64,000 nucleotides of DNA from Paramecium tetraurelia (lineage: Eukaryota), in assembly GCA_000165425.1 (NCBI GenBank), contig CT868671.1, positions 253,027-317,026 on the forward strand. The letters run 5' to 3'. This document shows positions 56,866 through 64,000 of this stretch, piece after piece. Position numbers and translations under genes: made by a program. Every line of letters starts with the position of its first letter. Position 1 is the stretch's first letter. Under the pieces are notes generated by a model, which saw only the letters and a program-made list of their open reading frames with translations, made no database searches and had not been told where the DNA came from.

Positions 56866-57615
56866 TCATGACCTTTGATGTCTAATTAAGGACATTTTAT
56901 CATCAAGATCTTTAATTAAGGCTTGAATAAGAGTTAAGCTTTTATTAAATCCAGCAGCATTGGCTCTTAAAGAATCGATTTTTGGCATCTTTACCATTTC
57001 TGGCGTTGTTGTAATATTTAGTTTTAAGCATTTGGCTGCAGTTAATTCATCTTCATTCTCTAAGAATACTTAAGAATTCTTTACCTTTGAGAGTCTATTT
57101 GAGACGTTCAATTTCTTCTTGTGTCTATGATTTCATAGCTTCCAAATCTGTATGGGCTAAGGCTAATTGTTCGAGAACCTTATCTAATTTCACTTCCAAG
57201 TCTTTATTTGCTTCTTCTAGCTGTCTTAATTTAATTGAAAACAATACCTAACTTTACTATTATTTAAATCTTAATCGACTTCTAGATCAATGATTTGCAT
57301 TTTATAAGTTTAGAGAGTTTTTTACAAATCGGTGATTTGAGCCTCCTTTTTATTTATTTACTTTTCTAATTGATTTTAAATATTCTACAATTCATTCTAA
57401 AGAATATAAGATAATATATTTACTCTGGCCTTTTGGGTTTCTTCTTTTTGTTGCAGAAGAGAATTTTATGCTTAAGCAAGTTATTTACTTAAGGATTCAA
57501 TACTCTTTTATTATTAATCTTCTAATGCTTAACTTTCCTCGACAAACTAATTATACTCTTCTTCCATTAATTGATATTTTTAAGCCATCTCTTCATACAA
57601 CTCTTTGTAGTTCAT
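56866..57615 (-). CDS. NudE/NDEL1-like coiled-coil dynein regulator
   Basis: EEEYNQFVEESQALEDQ.., IIDLEVDQD..LEVKLDKVLEQLAL..EIERLKQ parallels NudE EFQEGSRELE..LEQANDDLE..LNQAIERNAFLE..VQRLKDE. Confidence 0.7.
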
Positions 57616-57657
57616 TTAATTAGGAATAAATTATTTTTAGTATAATATTTAATTGAC

Positions 57658-58647
57658 TCATTTAAAGCGTTTGCTTAACTTTGAAATTCCATATTTAACA
57701 CTTAAAAAAGGAGAAATCATGGCCAAATTGTAGAAGAGCATACGTTTGGAGGAAAATTGGTTTTTCCTTTTAACACTTTCTTTGATGAGATCTTTGATTC
57801 TATCTTAACTCATCATTTTTAATGTTCCCATGTTGTCTTTTTCACCCAATACAATACTTAACAATTATCCAGGTATCTTTGAACATAAGAACTCCCTAAG
57901 TCAATAAAGAATTGATTACAATGATTTAATGCTATTATCGATTAAGACTTCCCCATCTTTTTAGATTTTAATCACATTATTGAGATCTCCTAGATTGGAG
58001 AGGTAAAGATCAGTTATATTTTTATAATTTCCTTTGAGTATGTTGAAGACTTTGTTTTAGTTTTCACCTCCCAAAGTAAATCTAATGTCACCATAATAGG
58101 ATAAACTGATCACACTGTAGAGTAACTCTTATAAGGACATAGATGATTTGAAATCCATCAAAATAGCAACAGCTAAAGCACTTTACAAATTAGCAATGAA
58201 TGCTCTTTAAAATCTAAGATCTTCAAATTCCTAAATAGTGACTATGGGTTTCTACATTCTCCCAGCAATAGATAGCCATTTCCAATTTTCTAGATCTTTG
58301 ATTAATTCTTTAGTGGACACAACACCATATTTCAATTTCAAATCCTAATATTAAACAAAGGGACTGAAATGAATAGGGAATATTTCAACATTCATCCTCT
58401 GTATGAATCTGCTTCCTAAATAATAGCTTAAGCCACTATAATGCTATGGTAGTCATATAAATACTGTTGAATTAATCTAAATATTCTGCATATGCCACTC
58501 TTCCACATTATCGACGGCAATTATTAAATCTATCATAGGTTTGTTTTTTGTATAATCATAATTGAATTAAGGTTGAACAGCTGATCCATAAGCAAATGAC
58601 AATTCACTTTAGGGTAGAGTTTGGATGAATTATTTCAACAGGTTCAT
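57658..58647 (-). CDS. TAM41: Mitochondrial phosphatidate cytidylyltransferase Tam41/Mmp37
   Basis: FAYGSAVQPQ, MIDLIIAVD..WH, HYS, LKYGVVS..DLENWKWLSIAGRMQKP, LSYYGDIR..GENK. Confidence 0.93.
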
Positions 58648-58732
58648 TGGAATTTATTACATACTTGTAAATAATATTAATAGCCGAATAATAATAATTA
58701 AACAAATAACATTTATATATATATTATATTTG

Positions 58733-60183
58733 TCAAACTCCATTAATAAAGTTATCAATCATAAACCATGAGTTCTCTCTTTAATCTTATGGGACCATCT
58801 AAGATAAATAATATATTGAATTACATGTCCAGCACTTCTAATAACTTGGAATCTGAAATAATTGTATTCAACAATCCATCCTGCTAATTAATTTTTTAAT
58901 TCTCCATCATTAGTGTTCAAATATGGAGTCCATCCTTTAATTTCTTTGATTCCTTGTATCTATTTGATGCTTTCATATGTCTCAACTATACTAACAGCCA
59001 AATCTTGATCACCAGAATATAGGAGAATTTAGATTCCTGCTTAAAATAATTCAGGTAAAATTTAATAGCTTCCCTCTGATTTAGTATATTAAAGATAAAT
59101 AGGATCACTGCATCCTGACCAGACAGTGTTCTTATCTACATGAAGTGCTTCTTTATATTCATCAGTGTTCAACTTATTAGCTAAAGGTCCAAAATCAATG
59201 CAAGGTGCACCAGAATCATCATCATCTTCAGTTAGTTTCAACCAAGGAGTGTATGAAAATCTGTGTTTGGATTCTCTTTGCACTTTGTATTATTTCAAAG
59301 TACTGTCACCCCAACAATATGAATACACTCCATAAGGATTAATCTCTGCAATAGCACTATCTAGAGATTTCTTAGCTTGTCTGCAACTAGCTGAGTTTGG
59401 CTACAAAGCGCAATTGTGATTCAAAATAAACTAATTAGTATAATCAATGAATGATCTTCTAGCCAAGAACTTTAATGAAGTTTAACTTCTAAATTTCTCA
59501 TCGTTGATTAAAACACCATTTCCGATCAATACTCCCCTGAAATTAATCTTTTCCTTTTAATCTACTGTTTTTTCACCTTCCAACAAAGCTTTGGCTGTAT
59601 AAGGAATGTACATTCCTAATAATTAATAACTTTCATACCTGCATATGATTCTCCAGCAATGTAGAAATCTCTACCTCTGTAATATGTGAATGTATTGAAC
59701 CACTCTCGGATGGCTTCATAGTTGAATCTTCCAGTCTTCTCATCTGTGAATTTGTAGTCTTTGTCGGGAGTTGGCTATGAGAATCCGACACCAAATGGAG
59801 ATTCCAATATTAATAAATGAGCATTTTTATTCCATGACCATGGATTGTACTTGTATTCGGTTTCTCCATTGTCAATTACATATGGACCGATTTCTTGCAT
59901 CAAACCCAACAATGATGAACATCCTGGACCACCATTAAGCCAGAGTATTACTGGTTAAGTTGCTACCTCTGCATCCTCTGTTTGGCTCTCTACGAACACA
60001 TAATGCAAATTTCTAATGTAGAATCTATATAAACCTGTTCACTCCCTCGTCATTAAGCTCAATCAATCCTGACCAAGTTTTGAATCTATATACTGGCCAA
60101 TCTGGCCATTTAAATTCATCAGCCACAAAATCTATGCATGATACTGAGAGCAGCACTGTAGCGAGCATCACAAATTTCATCAT
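58733..60183 (-). CDS. Serine carboxypeptidase (peptidase S10), secreted/lysosomal
   Basis: Signal peptide, [31 protein letters not shown] (catalytic Ser), [13 protein letters not shown]. Confidence 0.95.
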
Positions 60184-60521
60184 TAATTTCTAATTATTTA
60201 TTAAATTATATAGATTTGTCGATTTCTTAATTAAATAACCGGTGAAATTTGAATGCATATTGATAATTGCACTTCAATAATGTCTAACATCGATAATTTG
60301 TGTTCGCATGACAATTGTATGATTATAATAAGAGAATATTGTTATGTTAAATAAAGATAATACCAACAATTCTAATAATATATACATGCCTTAGAAATGT
60401 GTTTGATTTTAAGTATTTCTAGTTTAATTAATACTTCTTTATAATATGTGATAGTTCATTTTTGATATCAATATCAATATAAAGAAATAATTGAATAATA
60501 ATAAAATATATTTAATTTAAT

Positions 60522-60917
60522 ATGTAGTAAATTAGTAAGGAAAAGGAAAATCAAATCTAATAAGCTATGGACTTAGAAAAGGATGTAATAAGTACATTAG
60601 GCAAAGTGAGATAATATGAAACTTCAATTAATTCACTCAAAAGAAACATATAAAAATGCAATATTACTTTGAAGGAATTGGGCAGTATTGATCAATAGAA
60701 GACATACTAACCTGTTGGTAGATGGTATCATAGTTCACATTTACTTTTTAGCTTTATTTTGAAACCCAAAGCAGATATTGTGAACGAAGTTAATGAAAAT
60801 ATCAAATCACATGAGAAAGACATAGATGAATATGAAAAGGTTAGATAGCATTTAATTACAAAAGGGAAGGAGAAAGAAACTTAATTATAAGAAGCAATGA
60901 AATCATTAAAAATTTGA
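60522..60917 (+). CDS. PFDN1: Prefoldin beta subunit (subunit 1-like)
   Basis: Helix, then ITLKEL..KTYQPVGR|CFIL beta hairpin, then helix, about 120 aa. Confidence 0.8.
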
Positions 60918-60933
60918 AATTTTAATATATTTT

Positions 60934-63066
60934 ATGTTCTAAGATAATATTTGGGAATGCGTCTAATAAAATGGCATGCCAACTCCAAAAAGTGGACATT
61001 GTTGTTGTGTAGTAGCAAATAATTTTTATGTTTTTGGTGGACAATCAAACACAGAAATACTAAATGAATTTCATAGATTCAATCTAGAAGATAAAACTTG
61101 GAGTAAAATAAAGACTGATTCATAACCAAATGGAAGAAGTTCAGCAGGAATGTGTGGTGTTGATGATATTAAAAAGCTTTATTTATTTGGGGGTACCTTA
61201 TTGATAGTTGAGAAAACTAGCAAGAAGTAAAATAATTATTTTATCCATCTAGTGATCTCTATGAATATGACATTTAAAAAAACAATTGGACTATTGTGAT
61301 AACCTAAACTCCAGGTCCATGTGAGAGATACGGTCATTCAATGATAATGTCAAATTAGTAATTAAGAATAATATTCTATTGTTTAGTTAGATATATATTT
61401 TTGGTGGCGTTCATTATGTAAAAGCATAAAATAGAATGAATCCAGAATTTTTAAATGACTTATGGGTGTTCTCTTTGATTGATAAAATTTGGAAGAAACT
61501 TGATGTATAATCAAATTGATTACCAAGCTTAGGGCCTAAATTTAACCATAAGCTAGATACAGACACACAACTGCTGTTATTGGGAATGAACTGTATATCA
61601 TAGGTGGAACTACAAATTAAAATCGTTATGGATAGATAGTAAAGACCGATTTTACTAATATGTAATGGTCATACTTAGAGTTAGAGGCTCTTAAAAACAA
61701 ATCAAAAAAAAACTTATTTAAAGGTAGATACGGACATGCTTGTTTTGTTATGGAAAATATGGTATACATTTATAGTGGTATGGATGATGGGTAGTGTGAT
61801 GATGCATTATAATTAGATGTGATACAGAATAAATGGAAGAGTAAGAAGTTCAGAGGAAATATACCATCTCGTGAATTTTTTAGTTTTGCTTAGACATCAA
61901 ATCAACTATTTATATTTGGAGGGAGAACTTAATAGAATTAAAGATTAAATGATCTATATGTATGGAATCACAACTTAAGATAAGAGGAATAGCAGTATTG
62001 TACATTAAGATAAGAAATGGTAATAATTCTAATCTATTTAAAGCATTCTTTATTGGAAATTCATTAAAATTGTAGCGATTTTACAATATTTACTAAGAGT
62101 GGTACCTAATATGCCTTACATAAGAGTCTTATAAAAGTTAGATGCCCAATTTTATTGTAGTTTCAAAATCTGCAGTTTTCAGATATTCTGGTTTAAATCC
62201 TGATAAAATACATTTATAAAGCAGAGTTAGCTTTGGATTTACTTAGTAAAGTTGAGATTAGAGAGGCTCTTTAATTTAGTGCTTTCATTTCTGATGAATT
62301 GTTTGCCACTGCCATTATTTAATATTTCCTGATTGATTCAAGAGGCTAAAGCGATTATGATTTTATTGAAAAAGAGTTGTAACAAATTCAAGGTAAAGGC
62401 AATTCTAGTGCACAGATTAATTTTCTATTGAAAAGTGTTTTGTAGATATTAGAATAGAGAAAACAAAAATAATTAGTCAATTTATTTCAACAACAAAGAA
62501 TCATATTTAACAATGTTTCTAATTAAATAGTAATGAAATTTTATCAAGATATGAGAAAGTTATAGTATCATTCTGAAACTGATACAATAATTACTGCATA
62601 GGATAAATAAATAAATGTACATTCATTTGTATTGGTTGCAAGATCAGAATACTTTAGAGAAATGATCCATTTTGAGAATGGAGTAATTCAGCAAATCTAG
62701 GTTGACTTTGATCCATAGATTTTATAAAATATAATCAACTATCTTTATTGTGGATACTAGGCATTGTAAAGGTAAAATGAAGGGAATTTCGATCATTTAA
62801 TCAATGCATTCAAAGCATCTAGTTATTTCATGTTGAGTAACTAAACATTTCTATACTTGATCTAAGAAGGAATGGCTGAATTTATAAGTAAAGACAATGT
62901 ATTTGATTTGGCTGAATTAGCAGAGCAATTGAATGCAACATATTTACTTTATGAATGTTGTACTTTTATTTCTGAAAACCTAAAAGGAGTATCTTTATCA
63001 GATTTGAGAAAACTATCAAAAGAAGTATTAATTCGTGTTCTTGAAGTAATAGGATAGAAATAATGA
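60934..63066 (+). CDS. Kelch-repeat plus tandem BTB protein (LZTR1-like CUL3 adaptor)
   Basis: Six Kelch blades (SGH..YVFGG, RSSA..YLFGG, RYGH..YIFGG, RHT..YIIGG, RYGH..IYSG, FIFGG), then two BTB-like regions (ALHKSLIKVRCP; VHSFVLVARSEYF). Confidence 0.85.
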
Positions 63067-63098
63067 ATATATAATTAACATTATCAAAATTTAAAGTT

Positions 63099-64000
63099 TC
63101 AGTATAAAGTGGGTTTCTACATTTCTTTATGGTACTAGATAAATATTAATGAATACAAAAAAGTCTGCAGTTTTTCTGGGGATTAGATTTCCATCCTTTC
63201 TAACTTATAGAACACTAGTTTTATTTTGCATCAAAGATTTAAGATTGTTGTACAATTACACTGCTTCTTCGATCTAGGCTTCAACGCATTTATTTTTAGA
63301 AAAGCTTATCTAACTATTGTATGATTCCTTATGCTAATGAAACTAATTAAATGGATAAACTTACATAAGAAGTACTGTTATTTTTAGTAGAACTACACTC
63401 CACAGGAATTGAATTAAATTGGACTTTCAAAATAGATTTAACAGGAGTACTCTATTTCTTTTCATAAGTTGGAGTATCTTATTTAGATTGACTTCTATTA
63501 ATTTAGATAATAGGTTTAGGTATTTTCCTTTCGCTTTATACAATTTTGTTGGTCATATCTTTATTTTCAGATTCAACTGTATTTGTCTTGTTTATTGATT
63601 GATTGATTTTCTTTTCAGATGCACTCCTTAACTATAAAAAATTGTATTGTGTCTTGGGAGGTTGAGGTAGTTTCTTCAAACTGGAGCTTCTTATGACTCC
63701 TTTGAAACATTCAGCCTTTTTAGTGTAAGAAGCATCGGAAATCCGAGATTCTTTACTTGAAGGTCTCTATCTTAATTCAAAGTATGCTTTTGATTATTAT
63801 TGTTGTGATGAGCTGGGTCTTGAATTAGTTTTCGTAACTGATTCTTTAAGATTTCTTGGTTGTTAAGATAATTAAGATTTATTTAATAATTTCTCATTTT
63901 AAAAGTCTTTAGTTTCTCTAGTTAATCTTTAAATTTCTAGATCCAAATTACCTATATCTCTAAGCAACATCTTTTTGATACTAGGCTTTTGTGGTTTATC
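63099..64000 (-). CDS. 3' part of a low-complexity S/Q/K/P-rich hypothetical protein (partial)
   Basis: Open code-6 frame runs in from the window edge and ends ..YHKEMQKPTLY-TGA. Confidence 0.6.

Overview
AT-rich, gene-dense ciliate macronuclear DNA, most consistent with Paramecium (aurelia-type). TAA/TAG read as Gln, TGA is the only stop, and genes are split by tiny 20-31 nt GT..AG introns, so the supplied standard-code ORF track is mostly fragments or spurious. Manual translation with code 6 gives about 33 protein genes. These include an ACSBG-type acyl-CoA synthetase, kinesin-13, EB1-like, two trichocyst matrix proteins, LITAF, TMBIM, a CEP350-like protein, an ICL-type centrin, ATG4, an F-BAR/TBC RabGAP, a RING-Lon ligase, two giant cortical coiled-coil repeat proteins, uL15, TEX9, a CDKL kinase, a DUSP, FolC, NudE, TAM41, an S10 carboxypeptidase, prefoldin 1 and an LZTR1-like Kelch-BTB protein. 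There is also a ~7.4 kb tract of decayed gene remnants. The most notable oddities are an intact eIF5A paralog with Arg at the hypusine lysine, a one-base frameshifted eL41 gene, uL15 with Thr at the His39 hydroxylation site, a SET-domain methyltransferase with a signal peptide, divergent start codons only 4 bp apart, and an alternating 44/42-aa beta/coiled-coil hybrid repeat protein. No rRNA, tRNA, CRISPR, telomere or transposon was recognised. Coordinates were read by eye and no database searches were run.
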